64,000 bases of DNA, from positions 70 through 64,069 of the forward strand of contig CAACVY010000004.1 in assembly GCA_900661335.1 (NCBI GenBank). Direction: 5' to 3'. Source of the DNA: an uncultured bacterium (lineage in GTDB: Bacteria > Verrucomicrobiota > Kiritimatiellia > PWTM01). Below are positions 46,908 to 56,528 of this stretch, piece by piece. Made by a program: the position numbers and the translations under genes. Within the stretch, counting starts at the first letter, position 1, and each line of letters begins with the position of its first letter. The notes beneath the pieces were generated by a model. The model saw only the letters and a list, made by a program, of their open reading frames with translations, ran no database searches and was not told where the DNA came from.

Positions 46908-47477
46908 GTGAATCGCCTGCTCCAACGTGCGCAACGCGGTGATATTCGCGCGTTCGCAGAACTGTTCGAGCCGCTGCGCGAGCACATCCATGCGGTGGCG
47001 TGCCGGTGGCTAGGTGAACAGGAAGCTGAGGACATCGTAATGGAGACCTTTCTTCGAGCTTGGAAGGCGTTGCCCGGATTCCGCGGGACTGCGTCGCTGA
47101 AAACGTGGGTCCTCCGAATCGCCCACAACGCTTGTTTGGATCGACTCCGACGTCCTCAGGTCGCGCGAACGGTTTCCCTCGACCAGCTTTCCGACACCGA
47201 CCGAAAAGTGTCCGAGCCGTGGGACGTGACCTCGGTGCCTCCCGACGAGGAATTGCATTCCAAGGACTCGGTCGCCCTGCTGCGCCGCGCGCTTGCGCGA
47301 CTAGACGACCTGCACCGGCGGATCCTGGTCCTCCGCTATGTGGACGGTTTCAGCTACACGGAAATCGCCGCCGCCTTGGGTATCCCGTTGGGCACCGTCA
47401 TGTCCCGCCTGTTCAATGCCCGGCGCAAGTTGCGAAAAATTTGGGACGAGTTGGAGAACGCTGGTGCATCGCCATGA
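46908..47477 (+). CDS. ECF (sigma-70 family group IV) RNA polymerase sigma factor
   Basis: Region 2 (AFAELFEPLREHIHAVACRWLG..AEDIVMETFLRAW) and region 4 (RRILVLRYVDGFSYTEIAAALGIPLGTVMSRLFNARRKL) are both present. Confidence 0.92.
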   Translation: MNRLLQRAQRGDIRAFAELFEPLREHIHAVACRWLGEQEAEDIVMETFLRAWKALPGFRGTASLKTWVLRIAHNACLDRLRRPQVARTVSLDQLSDTDRKVSEPWDVTSVPPDEELHSKDSVALLRRALARLDDLHRRILVLRYVDGFSYTEIAAALGIPLGTVMSRLFNARRKLRKIWDELENAGASP

Positions 47478-47478
47478 C

Positions 47479-47811
47479 ATGAGCTTGCTTCCCCCACCCT
47501 GGCCACGCGAGGTCGCTCCACGGCCTTCGCCCCAACCAGCTGAAGAGTTCTGGGCCGCCTTCGCGGCGCGAGCTGCGCACGTTCCTCAGGACGCAGTCCA
47601 ACCGAAGCTGGTCCCGCGGGTGTCGGCCTGCCTGGCGCTGGCCGTTGCAGTGCTCTTGCTATGGTTTGGACCCTGGTGGACACCGGCGATCGGCTCGGTC
47701 GGTATCCTTCAACTGGAGGTGCCGGTGGAACACGAAGGCGTCCTGGTTTTGCAAAGCCCGGATGTGCCCGGTGTAGTTGTGGTCCTTGACGGGGTTCGCG
47801 CCGACCCATGA
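47479..47811 (+). CDS. Putative anti-sigma factor (single-pass membrane protein)
   Basis: It starts 1 nt after the sigma stop and has one TM helix (VSACLALAVAVLLLWFGPWW). The call rests on position. Confidence 0.55.
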   Translation: MSLLPPPWPREVAPRPSPQPAEEFWAAFAARAAHVPQDAVQPKLVPRVSACLALAVAVLLLWFGPWWTPAIGSVGILQLEVPVEHEGVLVLQSPDVPGVVVVLDGVRADP

Positions 47812-48257
47812 GGACTCATCGACCATCCTCCGTCGTTCGCGCGTCCATCGCGGGCCTACTGCTACATCTGGCCACCGTGGGGGTACCGTCCACCGCCGTT
47901 CGAGCTGAAACGCTCGACATCATGGCGATCTCTGCAGCGTCTGGCCCTGCACAAACGGACTCGGCTCTTCGAGACCTCCTGCCGCTCCTGCGCCGACATC
48001 TGCCGAACTATACAGCATTCAGACTATTGGACCGACGGGCAGTCGGCCTTCCCACTGAAGCTCAGCGGATTTCATTGGCAGGCCGTTTGACCGTTCATTG
48101 CCAAGGCTCGTCCCAACGGTTGTCGCTGACCGTCGCCGACCGCGACCGGGTGATCGTCCAAACTCAAGTGTCACTTCGTCTGGACGTGCCGCTGGTGTTC
48201 GCAGGAGTGCCCAATCGAGACGGAATTTTGGCCGTGGCGGTGGTGTTGCGCCGGTAG
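47808..48257 (+). CDS. Secreted hypothetical protein of the ECF module
   Basis: It forms an ATGA overlap with the upstream gene. A signal-peptide-like N-terminus (ASIAGLLLHLATVGVPSTAVRA) is present. I recognise no family. Confidence 0.5.
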   Translation: MRTHRPSSVVRASIAGLLLHLATVGVPSTAVRAETLDIMAISAASGPAQTDSALRDLLPLLRRHLPNYTAFRLLDRRAVGLPTEAQRISLAGRLTVHCQGSSQRLSLTVADRDRVIVQTQVSLRLDVPLVFAGVPNRDGILAVAVVLRR

Positions 48258-48296
48258 ACGTAGATCCGACTCCGTCGAAGCCTTCGCATAGGCCGA

Positions 48297-48701
48297 TCAA
48301 AACTGACCATTGGCTCGGCGGCGCTTGGGCATCGCGAACCACAACAAGGTGACTGCAGCGCCCAGCACCAACAAGATCGCGTCCGTTCTCACGAACCCGG
48401 GATATACCTGGGCGCTCCAGGATAGCCACGCCTGAGAAATCCCGATCCAGCGCAGGACAGCGTGGACCCAAGTAGAGTGGCGAAATTGGTACGCCAGCAC
48501 CACCAGAATGCCCCCCACCAGCAGCGCACGCAGAACCACTCGCGGCATCCACCGATTCTCGGTTTCCTGTGGCGGCGCACGGCGATGTATGACGCGGTCT
48601 GAAAACTTCATCCTGTGGCACGTTGGACATAAAACCGATGGATCGTTCTCTGAAGACCTATCGGAGACTCCTCCTCCACAAGTCGGGCAGTAAAGCGTCA
48701 T
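48297..48701 (-). CDS. Zinc-ribbon membrane protein (hypothetical)
   Basis: An AGGA SD lies 6 nt before the ATG at 48701. N-terminal CPTCGG...CPTCH forms two CxxC pairs, followed by three hydrophobic helices. Confidence 0.55.
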   Translation of the reverse strand: MTLYCPTCGGGVSDRSSENDPSVLCPTCHRMKFSDRVIHRRAPPQETENRWMPRVVLRALLVGGILVVLAYQFRHSTWVHAVLRWIGISQAWLSWSAQVYPGFVRTDAILLVLGAAVTLLWFAMPKRRRANGQF

Positions 48702-49228
48702 TGTGAATCCTCTGCCAGGAGGCTACCCTACGTGGGAGGTTTTGTCAAAGACTGACCACACGTCCTCGGACTTTGCGCTCCGACTTCGGCCGCGAAGTGG
48801 CGAATGCCGGCGGCGGCTCGGAGCGGTAGAATTATGACCAAGTGGCGATGCAATTCGTGGCCGGCGGCTTTACATCCATGTGCGGTCCACGGCACCTCGC
48901 CCTCAGGAAGCGCTGGCGCCAAGCTTGCAGTCTGGCCAGGATTCTGTTCTGCATTCGCAACTCGGGTCAGTGCCCGACCCCGCGACGGGCCTTCCTGAGC
49001 ATTCGCGCGTGCACGACGGATTCGGGTCCCCGTGCCCGCGTAAGGTTTCCAAGGCTTGGAAAGCCCAACGCCCTTGCCGTCCAATTCTTGGACGAACTCA
49101 GCTGCGCCCCCGAGGTTCGAATCGCAGGTGGAGTGGCCAAGCTCTGCCACGCGATCACGAAAGACCCTCTAGAGACCCTCGAGGCGGAGAATTGGCACAA
49201 GGTTACTTGGTGGCGTACGCTATACCGC

Positions 49229-49840
49229 ATGAATGTGCCGAGCCCACACCTGCTTGTGGTCCCGACTTGGGACCAATGGGATGCTTTCTGGAACCAGTGG
49301 AAGCCGCACGAGTGTGCCACGTTGCTGTTCGTGATCACCAACGGGCAAGTCCTGCTAATTGAAAAGCGGCGTGGGTTGGGCGCGGGCAAGGTCAACGCGC
49401 CGGGCGGACGGATCCAACCCGGCGAACACCCGCGACAGGCGGCCATCCGCGAAACGCGTGAAGAGGTGGGAGTGGAACCCTTGGACCCGGAATGGATCGG
49501 CAGGCTCCGGTTCCAATTCTTGGACGGCTATTCGATCCAAGGCGACGTCTTCGTCAGCCGTCAGGCCATTGGAGAACCCCATGAGACCCCCGAAGCCCGG
49601 CCGTTCTGGGTCCGTCTGGACGAGCTCCCTTACGATCGAATGTGGGAAGATGACCGGGTCTGGCTACCGCACGTGCTGGACGGCCGCACGGTGGACGCGT
49701 ACTTCTTTTTCGATGGTGACTCGATGTTGCGTTACCGGATGGTCGTGGGTGCCGAGCCTCCACCCGAAGTCGCACCCGAAGCCGGCGCCGAGCCGCTCGA
49801 CGAGCGCCGCGAAGTTTCGAGCGCCGCGACTCGACGCTGA
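49229..49840 (+). CDS. NUDIX hydrolase
   Basis: The Nudix box is GGRIQPGEHPRQAAIRETREEVGV. The start is uncertain: ATG 49229, or in-frame GTG 49133 further up. The first ~290 nt (about 97 codons) of the track ORF are Arg/Cys-rich and look non-coding. Confidence 0.8.
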   Translation: MNVPSPHLLVVPTWDQWDAFWNQWKPHECATLLFVITNGQVLLIEKRRGLGAGKVNAPGGRIQPGEHPRQAAIRETREEVGVEPLDPEWIGRLRFQFLDGYSIQGDVFVSRQAIGEPHETPEARPFWVRLDELPYDRMWEDDRVWLPHVLDGRTVDAYFFFDGDSMLRYRMVVGAEPPPEVAPEAGAEPLDERREVSSAATRR

Positions 49841-50850
49841 AGTTCGTCCAACTGCTTGCGGAACTCCGGCAGCCGCATCATGTATGCGTTGATTCGCTTG
49901 AAGCGGTCCATCGGGACGGCAGGGGCTCCCAACATGATCGCGCCCGGTGGTACATCTTTGGTTACACCAGACTGCGCACCAATGATCGCGCCGTCGCCGA
50001 TTTCGATGTGTCCCGAAATCCCAACTTGACCGGCCAAGATTACTTTGGAGCCGATCGTCGTGCTGCCCGCGATACCGACCTGGGCCACGATGACGCTGTG
50101 ATCGCCGATGACGACGTTGTGACCGATCTGCACCAGGTTATCGATCTTGACGCCGCGGCCAATGACTGTTTTGCCGAACCGTGCGCGGTCCACGGTGACG
50201 TTGGCGCCGAGCTCGGCATCATCGCCAATGACCACGATGCCCAACTGTGGGATCTTGTGCCGGACTCCTTGTGCGTCCACCGTATAGCCGAATCCGTCGC
50301 TTCCGATCACGGTGCCGTTGTGCAAGATCACCCGCGCGCCGATTTGGCACCGCTCCCGAATTGACACGTGGGGATAGATCCGGCAATCCGGACCGATGCG
50401 CACTTCATGCCCCACGTAGACATGTGCCATGAGTACGGTGCGGTCGCCGACCTCCGCGCCGTCTTCGATGACGACGTACGGTCCCACGCGCACATCCCGG
50501 CCGAGCCGAGCTGTGGGTGCAATGACAGCCGTGGGATGGATGCCTTCCGGGTCGGGCGGTGGGGGAGGCGCAAACAGCGCGGCGGCTTCGGTGAAGGCGC
50601 GATCCGGGTCATCCACTCGGATCAGCGCCGTACCCGCCGGCCGGTCCCACGCACGCGCAACGATCACCGCCGAGGCGCGCGTCGTGGCGACCAGCGGCGC
50701 ATACCGCGGGTTCGCGACGAAGGTGATCTCCCCAGGTTGTGCGTCGCGAATACCGGCCACGCCGTGCACCACCACCGTTCCATCCCCCTCCAACTCGCCC
50801 CCCAAGTGGCGAGCCAGTTCGGCCAGGGTCAACTCGCGACGCGGTTCCAT
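49732..50850 (-). CDS. lpxD: UDP-3-O-(3-hydroxyacyl)glucosamine N-acyltransferase
   Basis: An N-terminal LAELARHLGGEL..ITFVANPRY is followed by long left-handed beta-helix hexapeptide repeats and a C-terminal helix. It occupies the conserved bamA-skp-lpxD position. Confidence 0.92.
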   Translation of the reverse strand: MEPRRELTLAELARHLGGELEGDGTVVVHGVAGIRDAQPGEITFVANPRYAPLVATTRASAVIVARAWDRPAGTALIRVDDPDRAFTEAAALFAPPPPPDPEGIHPTAVIAPTARLGRDVRVGPYVVIEDGAEVGDRTVLMAHVYVGHEVRIGPDCRIYPHVSIRERCQIGARVILHNGTVIGSDGFGYTVDAQGVRHKIPQLGIVVIGDDAELGANVTVDRARFGKTVIGRGVKIDNLVQIGHNVVIGDHSVIVAQVGIAGSTTIGSKVILAGQVGISGHIEIGDGAIIGAQSGVTKDVPPGAIMLGAPAVPMDRFKRINAYMMRLPEFRKQLDELQRRVAALETSRRSSSGSAPASGATSGGGSAPTTIR

Positions 50851-50856
50851 GATTAC

Positions 50857-51549
50857 TCAGCGGGATGCCGCCCTGCCACCCGCGGGCGCTCGAGACGGAG
50901 TCGCCGCCGAATTCGTTCCGTCTGCCGGCGTCGCGCCCGACGGCTTCGGCAACGGCGGAAGGTCCGCCGGCGCCGACTTATTCAGCTCGCGGATAATCTC
51001 CTCGGTAATGTCGAACCGCGGATCCACATAGAGGACCGCCTCCACGCCATTGAGCGTGGCGCCCGAGGAATCCAACACCGCCGCAATCCCACGGTCGCGG
51101 GCGTACTTCTGGATCAACTCCTTGATTTCCGCCACCAGCCCTTTCCGCATGCGCCGGCTCTGTTCTTCCAACTGTTTCGTGCGCCGCTCTCGATACGTCT
51201 GAACCCTCGATTCATGCTCGCGGATAGCCATGACTTTTTCCTCGGCGGCATTGCGCTTGGCGGCCCGCACTTCTTCGCTGAGCGCGGTGTTAAGCGATTC
51301 TTCCCGCAGCGCGTTGAATTCCTTCTGTAAACGCTCGCCCTCGGCCAGCATGTTCTTGAGCTCTTCGTCGTACTCGCGCGCTTGCGCCTTGAGCTGCGCG
51401 TCCGCAACGCGAGTTTTGTAGTACTCGTTGAAGCAACGGTCCAGGTTGACATACACCACTGCGGCACGCCGGTCCTGTGCACCGGCCCCGACCGATCCGA
51501 GCACGAGGATCGCCAGCCCCCACGCCCAGACACGATTCGCTCGATTCAT
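50857..51549 (-). CDS. skp: Periplasmic chaperone Skp/OmpH
   Basis: A signal peptide and a long coiled-coil Lys/Glu/Arg-rich body are present. It lies between bamA and lpxD. The C-terminal tail is Pro/Ala-rich. Confidence 0.85.
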   Translation of the reverse strand: MNRANRVWAWGLAILVLGSVGAGAQDRRAAVVYVNLDRCFNEYYKTRVADAQLKAQAREYDEELKNMLAEGERLQKEFNALREESLNTALSEEVRAAKRNAAEEKVMAIREHESRVQTYRERRTKQLEEQSRRMRKGLVAEIKELIQKYARDRGIAAVLDSSGATLNGVEAVLYVDPRFDITEEIIRELNKSAPADLPPLPKPSGATPADGTNSAATPSRAPAGGRAASR

Positions 51550-51567
51550 CGCGGCCTTCCTTTCCCG

Positions 51568-53850
51568 TCAAAACGGATACCCAAACGAGATATTGAACCG
51601 CCCATTGTCATCGCGGTTATACGGCTCGGACTTCAGCTGCCAAGCATAGTCAATTCGAATTGGCAACATCGGAATGTCCAGTCGAAGCCCAATACCGTAC
51701 CCGGAGTTCCAGTCCAGGTCAAACTGCCAGGGATCGGACCACACCATGCCACCATCCCAGAAGACCGCGATCCGAACCATCTTGTACACCGGTATCGTGT
51801 ATTCCGCTGACGCAAACGCCATGCTGGCGCCGCCGATCGGCTCTCCGGTCGCATCCACGGGCCCCACGCGCCGGTAGCGAAACGCGCGCACTGTGTAGAG
51901 GCCGCCCAAAAAGTACCGGTCGAACAGCGGGATGCGGTCGGTGTCTCCATAGGTGTCCATGTATCCCACCTGCCCACGCAGGATCAGCACATGGGAACGC
52001 CACGTCGGGATATATTGGCTTGATTTCAGCTCCAGCCGATACCATTCCGTGTCACCGCCGAACGGACCGCCGGCAACTTCCAGGCTTGCCCGCGTGTAGT
52101 TGCCACGCGTCGGAATCCGGAAGTTGTTTCGGGTATCGTGCCGGGCGAACAACTCGACGGAACTCTTATAGCGCGAACCCGCCTCGGCCCGGATCTCATC
52201 GCTCGCCGAGGGGTCCACGTTCGAGAGCTTGATCCACTCTAAATTGTAGGAAATTCCCGCCCCTTCATAGCGCCCGATCGGCTGTTCTAACTCCAGCCGC
52301 CCGCCCCGGCGGATCACGTCGTACAGCGAGCTAAAGTAGCGCGACTCTCGACTGAACAAATCGAGGGTTAATCGGAGCTTGCGGTCCAAGAAGTACGGTT
52401 CCACAAAGGTGAGGTAGTAGTCCTGGCGTCGCGACCCGAACAACCCACCGATCCGCAGTTTCTGCCCGCCACCCAATGGTGGCCACGAGGTCAGATCCAC
52501 GTTGCCGTGCCCGATTTCCACGCGGCCCACGATGCGGTCGATGGACGAGAACGCCACCCCCGCTTCGGCCGTCCCCATGCGGTCCTCCGTAACTTCCACG
52601 ATCACATCCTCGTAGCCCGGTTGCGATGTGGGTTGGAGCGTCAGGGCCACGTTGGAAAAGTATCCAAGGTTACGCACGCGGCTCTCGCTCGTTTTCAATC
52701 GGGTCCGGTGGTAGAGTTCGCCGGGGGCTACGAGCAGCTCGCGGCGGATCACTTGTTCCTTCGTGATCGCGTTGCCACGGATCTGGATGTCGCGAATTCG
52801 AACCGGCTCCCCTTCCACGACCATGAACCGTACATCCACCTCGGCCGTGTCCGGGTGTGTTTCTGTCGTCCACCTCACCCTCGCGTCCCCATAGCCGCGG
52901 TTGCCGTAGTAGTCGAGAATCGCATCCCGTGCGTCTTCCAAGGCCGCCATGGACGCGACTTGGCCGGGCGAAAGTCGTAGGACCTTCCAAATCTCATTGG
53001 TGGAAAACTTGGTCACCCCCTCCAGGGCCACGGAGCGAATTCGGTATGGACGGCCTTCGACCACGACGTATTTCAACTGCACGCGCCCCACGCGGGTCGA
53101 AACGATCGCGGGACCACGCACGTCCACATCCAAGTACCCCCGGTCTTGATACAGCCGCTGGATCGCGAGCCGGTCGGTTCGCGCCGTATCTTCGTCCAAG
53201 CGGCCCGCTTCGGTGAACCAGTGAATTGGGTTGTACCACCGATAGCGTTTTTGCTGCATTTGCTGCCGGAGTTGGTCCGCATCGACGGCGGTGTTGCCGA
53301 AGAACTGGATGTCGTTGACCCGTGCTCGAGGCCCCTCGTGGACCTTCACCCGCACGTGGGCAGCGCCGGGTGTGGAACCTGGTTGGATGGTCCAAGTCAG
53401 TTGGGCGTACGGATAATGCCGCTTGGCATATTCCTCACGCACACGCACGGCCGCCGCGGCCAGAGCAGCGTCGTCCACCATGTCCCCCACCCCTAAGCCG
53501 AGCCACTCCCGAACCTTACGGTTACCCATCTCATCGGCGCCAACGATTTCAAGCGTTTCAATGGACCGCTTCGGCTCGACCTCCACGCGCAGGGCGATCT
53601 GGTCCTGACCCGATGGCACCCCGCGAATCCGCACCTGCGAAAATCGCCCAGTCCGTTCGAGTTCCCGCGTGTCCCGCGCAACGCGGCTCCAATCCAGCGT
53701 CCCTCCCGGCCGGCTCTGCATGGCCGACAGCACCGCGGACGGGTCCACTGGAACCTCATTGACGCTGACGACCTCCACCGTTGAGATTACTTGCCCCGCG
53801 GCGGCCCACGCCACGGCCCAAGCTGCCCCAATCAGCCCCAGGAGCCTCAT
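51568..53850 (-). CDS. bamA: Outer membrane protein assembly factor BamA
   Basis: A signal peptide, repeated POTRA-like segments and an Omp85 barrel ending in the ...FNISFGYPF aromatic beta-signal are present. Confidence 0.93.
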   Translation of the reverse strand: MRLLGLIGAAWAVAWAAAGQVISTVEVVSVNEVPVDPSAVLSAMQSRPGGTLDWSRVARDTRELERTGRFSQVRIRGVPSGQDQIALRVEVEPKRSIETLEIVGADEMGNRKVREWLGLGVGDMVDDAALAAAAVRVREEYAKRHYPYAQLTWTIQPGSTPGAAHVRVKVHEGPRARVNDIQFFGNTAVDADQLRQQMQQKRYRWYNPIHWFTEAGRLDEDTARTDRLAIQRLYQDRGYLDVDVRGPAIVSTRVGRVQLKYVVVEGRPYRIRSVALEGVTKFSTNEIWKVLRLSPGQVASMAALEDARDAILDYYGNRGYGDARVRWTTETHPDTAEVDVRFMVVEGEPVRIRDIQIRGNAITKEQVIRRELLVAPGELYHRTRLKTSESRVRNLGYFSNVALTLQPTSQPGYEDVIVEVTEDRMGTAEAGVAFSSIDRIVGRVEIGHGNVDLTSWPPLGGGQKLRIGGLFGSRRQDYYLTFVEPYFLDRKLRLTLDLFSRESRYFSSLYDVIRRGGRLELEQPIGRYEGAGISYNLEWIKLSNVDPSASDEIRAEAGSRYKSSVELFARHDTRNNFRIPTRGNYTRASLEVAGGPFGGDTEWYRLELKSSQYIPTWRSHVLILRGQVGYMDTYGDTDRIPLFDRYFLGGLYTVRAFRYRRVGPVDATGEPIGGASMAFASAEYTIPVYKMVRIAVFWDGGMVWSDPWQFDLDWNSGYGIGLRLDIPMLPIRIDYAWQLKSEPYNRDDNGRFNISFGYPF

Positions 53851-55328
53851 TCGTCCACGCCCCCCTCACTGGGCCGCATGCCGACTTCTCCGCTCAAGTC
53901 GTAGAAGCGCGTGTGTTCCTCCTTGAACAACATGGACACTTCGCCCGTGCGCCCATTGCGCTGCTTGGCCACGTCCACGATCGCCAGACCCGGCGTGAGC
54001 TCCGCTTCCTTGTACCGGGGGTCGTGCTTATTCCGGATCGGACGGCGCAAGAGCAGCACCACGTCGGCGTCCTGTTCAATCGAACCCGAGTCGCGCAGAT
54101 CAGCCAGCCGGGGCACGCCGCTTCGGTCACGGGCCTCCGGTTGCCGGTTGAGCTGGCTGAGCACAAGCACGGGAACCTTCAACTCCTTGGCCATACCCTT
54201 GAGCATGCCAGAAATCGCCTCGATTTCCTGCTGGCGGTTGTTCCGATCCATACCCGAGCAGTGCAGCAGCTGAAGATAATCCACCACGATCAGCCCCAGG
54301 TTGTGCAGCCGGTGAAGCCGCCGTGCACGCGCCCACAGCTCTTTGATGTCCAAGCCTGCCGTATCGTCCACATAGAACGGAAGTTTCTGAAGTTCTCTCG
54401 CCGCCGCGGCAATCGCCTGCTGGTCCTTGGCGGAGCAATACCCCTTGACGATCCGACTCCACTCCATCTCCGCCCGGGAGCAGAGCATGCGGCGCGCCAA
54501 GGATGCGGCGGACATCTCGAGGCTGAACACCGCCACGGCCCGGGGCTGACGACCGAGGGTCGGATACTCTGATTTGGGGTTGTAGCCAGTGGCCACGTTT
54601 TCGGCAATGTTCATCGCCAGCGACGTCTTGCCCATGGACGGACGGGCCGCCAGCACAATCATCTCCGATGGCTGCAAGCCCAACAAAATCTCATCCAGCG
54701 TCCGGTAGCCTGTACTGAGGCCTGTCAACCGACTGCCGCGCGACGAGATCAATTCGGCAATCTCCGCGCTGACGGTCTCGATTTGGTCCCGCCAGTCGGC
54801 GCCCAGTCCCAGGTCCATGTCGCGGATCTTGAAAATCGCCGCTTCGGCACGGTTGACGATCTCTCGGGCATCCTCCCCGGACGGCGTCAGGCATTCCTGA
54901 ACGACCCTCTGGGCCTGAGCCAAGAGCTCCCGAAGCATTCGCTTCTGGATCAGCTGTTCGATGTAATACGCGGCATTTTCCGCTGTCGGTTCGTACTGGA
55001 CGATGTCATGCAGCATGACCTCGCCGCCGAGCCGATCGAGTTCGCCGAGTTCCCGGAGTCGACCTGCGAGCGTCAGCTGGTTGACCGGAGCGTTCGCATC
55101 ACGCAACTCGCGGGCGACTTCGTAGATGCGTCGGTACGTGGGATTGTAGAAGCAGTCCGGCGCGACGTGCTTGGCAGCACACAGGTCCAGCACGCGTTCG
55201 TAGTCGACCAGAATGCTAGACAGCAGGCCCAGTTCGGCTTCTTCGTTGTGTGGCGGCACGCTGGACGCCGCCGCAGGGGGCACAGTCGGCGCCTCGGGAT
55301 CGGTCCGACGCAGTCGGCCCCGGACCAC
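53847..55328 (-). CDS. dnaB: Replicative DNA helicase DnaB
   Basis: PHNEEAELGLLSSIL is the N-terminal domain. The Walker A is ARPSMGKTSLAMNIA, and IVVDYLQLL and SQLNR motifs are present. The stop overlaps the bamA start (ATGA). Confidence 0.95.
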   Translation of the reverse strand: MVRGRLRRTDPEAPTVPPAAASSVPPHNEEAELGLLSSILVDYERVLDLCAAKHVAPDCFYNPTYRRIYEVARELRDANAPVNQLTLAGRLRELGELDRLGGEVMLHDIVQYEPTAENAAYYIEQLIQKRMLRELLAQAQRVVQECLTPSGEDAREIVNRAEAAIFKIRDMDLGLGADWRDQIETVSAEIAELISSRGSRLTGLSTGYRTLDEILLGLQPSEMIVLAARPSMGKTSLAMNIAENVATGYNPKSEYPTLGRQPRAVAVFSLEMSAASLARRMLCSRAEMEWSRIVKGYCSAKDQQAIAAAARELQKLPFYVDDTAGLDIKELWARARRLHRLHNLGLIVVDYLQLLHCSGMDRNNRQQEIEAISGMLKGMAKELKVPVLVLSQLNRQPEARDRSGVPRLADLRDSGSIEQDADVVLLLRRPIRNKHDPRYKEAELTPGLAIVDVAKQRNGRTGEVSMLFKEEHTRFYDLSGEVGMRPSEGGVDE

Positions 55329-55332
55329 GGGT

Positions 55333-55776
55333 TTACTCCTCGACGACCCAAACCTTCAACGAGGCCGTTACCTCGGGCGCCAAGTGGATCGGAACCGTAT
55401 ACACGCCGAGCTCGCGAATCGGCTGTTCCAACGACACACTGTGCCGATCCACCAGAATGCCCTGGACTTCCAACGCCTCGGCGATCTGGGCCGCGGTCAC
55501 CGAGCCAAACAGCTTGCCTTCTTCGCCGGCCCGCGCGCGGATCGTGACGGAGGTTTCGGAAATCCGCCGGGCGAGTTCCCGAGCCGCGGCCAGCTGGGCG
55601 GCGCGTTGAGCTTCCTCGGCCGCCCGAATCTTTTCCAAACGCCGACGAGCTGCCGGCGTCGCAGGTTCCGCCAGCCCTTTCGGAATCAGATAATTGCGCG
55701 CATAGCCGTCGGCAACCTTGCAGATTTGACCCGGTTCGCCCAGCCCAGCGACAGGCTTCATTAGAATGATTTCCAT
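55333..55776 (-). CDS. rplI: 50S ribosomal protein L9
   Basis: It carries the conserved N-terminus MEIILMKPVAGLGEPGQICKVADGYARNYLIPKGLA. Confidence 0.95.
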   Translation of the reverse strand: MEIILMKPVAGLGEPGQICKVADGYARNYLIPKGLAEPATPAARRRLEKIRAAEEAQRAAQLAAARELARRISETSVTIRARAGEEGKLFGSVTAAQIAEALEVQGILVDRHSVSLEQPIRELGVYTVPIHLAPEVTASLKVWVVEE

Positions 55777-55790
55777 GGTTCCCTCACGCT

Positions 55791-56009
55791 TTAGGGCAAC
55801 AACCCAAGCACTCGTGCCCGCTCGATGGCCCGCCGAACCGCCCGCTGCTGCTTCGCGGTCAGTCCAGTCAGCCGGCGCGGCATGATCTTGCCGCGCTCGG
55901 TCAAAAATTTTCGCAGCAGCTCATAGTCTTTGTAATCCACCACATCCCCCACCTGCGAGCGGGAGCTTCGCCGACTCGTCGTTCCAGTCTTGCTCTTCGA
56001 CATCACCAC
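55791..56009 (-). CDS. rpsR: 30S ribosomal protein S18
   Basis: It carries the conserved core [48 protein letters not shown]. Confidence 0.95.
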   Translation of the reverse strand: MVMSKSKTGTTSRRSSRSQVGDVVDYKDYELLRKFLTERGKIMPRRLTGLTAKQQRAVRRAIERARVLGLLP

Positions 56010-56033
56010 ACCTCCGTTTCAGCGGTCGTCCGT

Positions 56034-56528
56034 TCAAAACGGTAAATCGTCCGGGTCTGGCTCTCCGGTATCCGACGGCGGTTCGGCCGGCGGCCCTGAA
56101 GCCGACGAAGACACGTCCGCTTCCGCGACCGGCGGCTCCGCCGTCGCCGCACCCTCCGGTCCCGCGCCCGGCGCGCTCGCACCCGTCGAACTGCGACCAC
56201 CACTGCCGAGAAATTCGAAGTTCTCGGCCACGATGCTGATCCGGCTTTGCCGCTGGCCGTCGCGCCCGGTCCACTCCTCTTGGCGGAGACGCCCCTCAAC
56301 AAAGATCGGCATGCCGCGGCGCATATAGCGGCACAGCGGCCCCGCACGGTTTCCATACACCGTCACATCGAGGAACACGGTTTCCTCGCGGTCGGCGCCG
56401 TTACGATCCCGAAAGCGCCGGTTGACCGCCATGCGGAACGTCGCCACGTCGTCGCCCGACGGCAGCTTCCGCAGCTCCGGGTCGCGTACCAAGTTGCCGA
56501 TCAAAAACACTTTATTCAGCGACGCCAT
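56034..56528 (-). CDS. ssb: Single-stranded DNA-binding protein
   Basis: MASLNKVFLIGNLVRDPELR marks the OB fold. A Gly/Pro/Ala-rich linker and the acidic tip DDLPF follow. Confidence 0.95.
   Translation of the reverse strand: MASLNKVFLIGNLVRDPELRKLPSGDDVATFRMAVNRRFRDRNGADREETVFLDVTVYGNRAGPLCRYMRRGMPIFVEGRLRQEEWTGRDGQRQSRISIVAENFEFLGSGGRSSTGASAPGAGPEGAATAEPPVAEADVSSSASGPPAEPPSDTGEPDPDDLPF

Noticed and set aside
49100-49140. T-loop-like GGTTCGAATC followed by ...GGCCA, which suggests a tRNA or tmRNA 3' end.
   Set aside because: The flanking bases cannot form a T-stem or acceptor stem in any register. No tmRNA 5' end, tag ORF or pseudoknot signals were found nearby.
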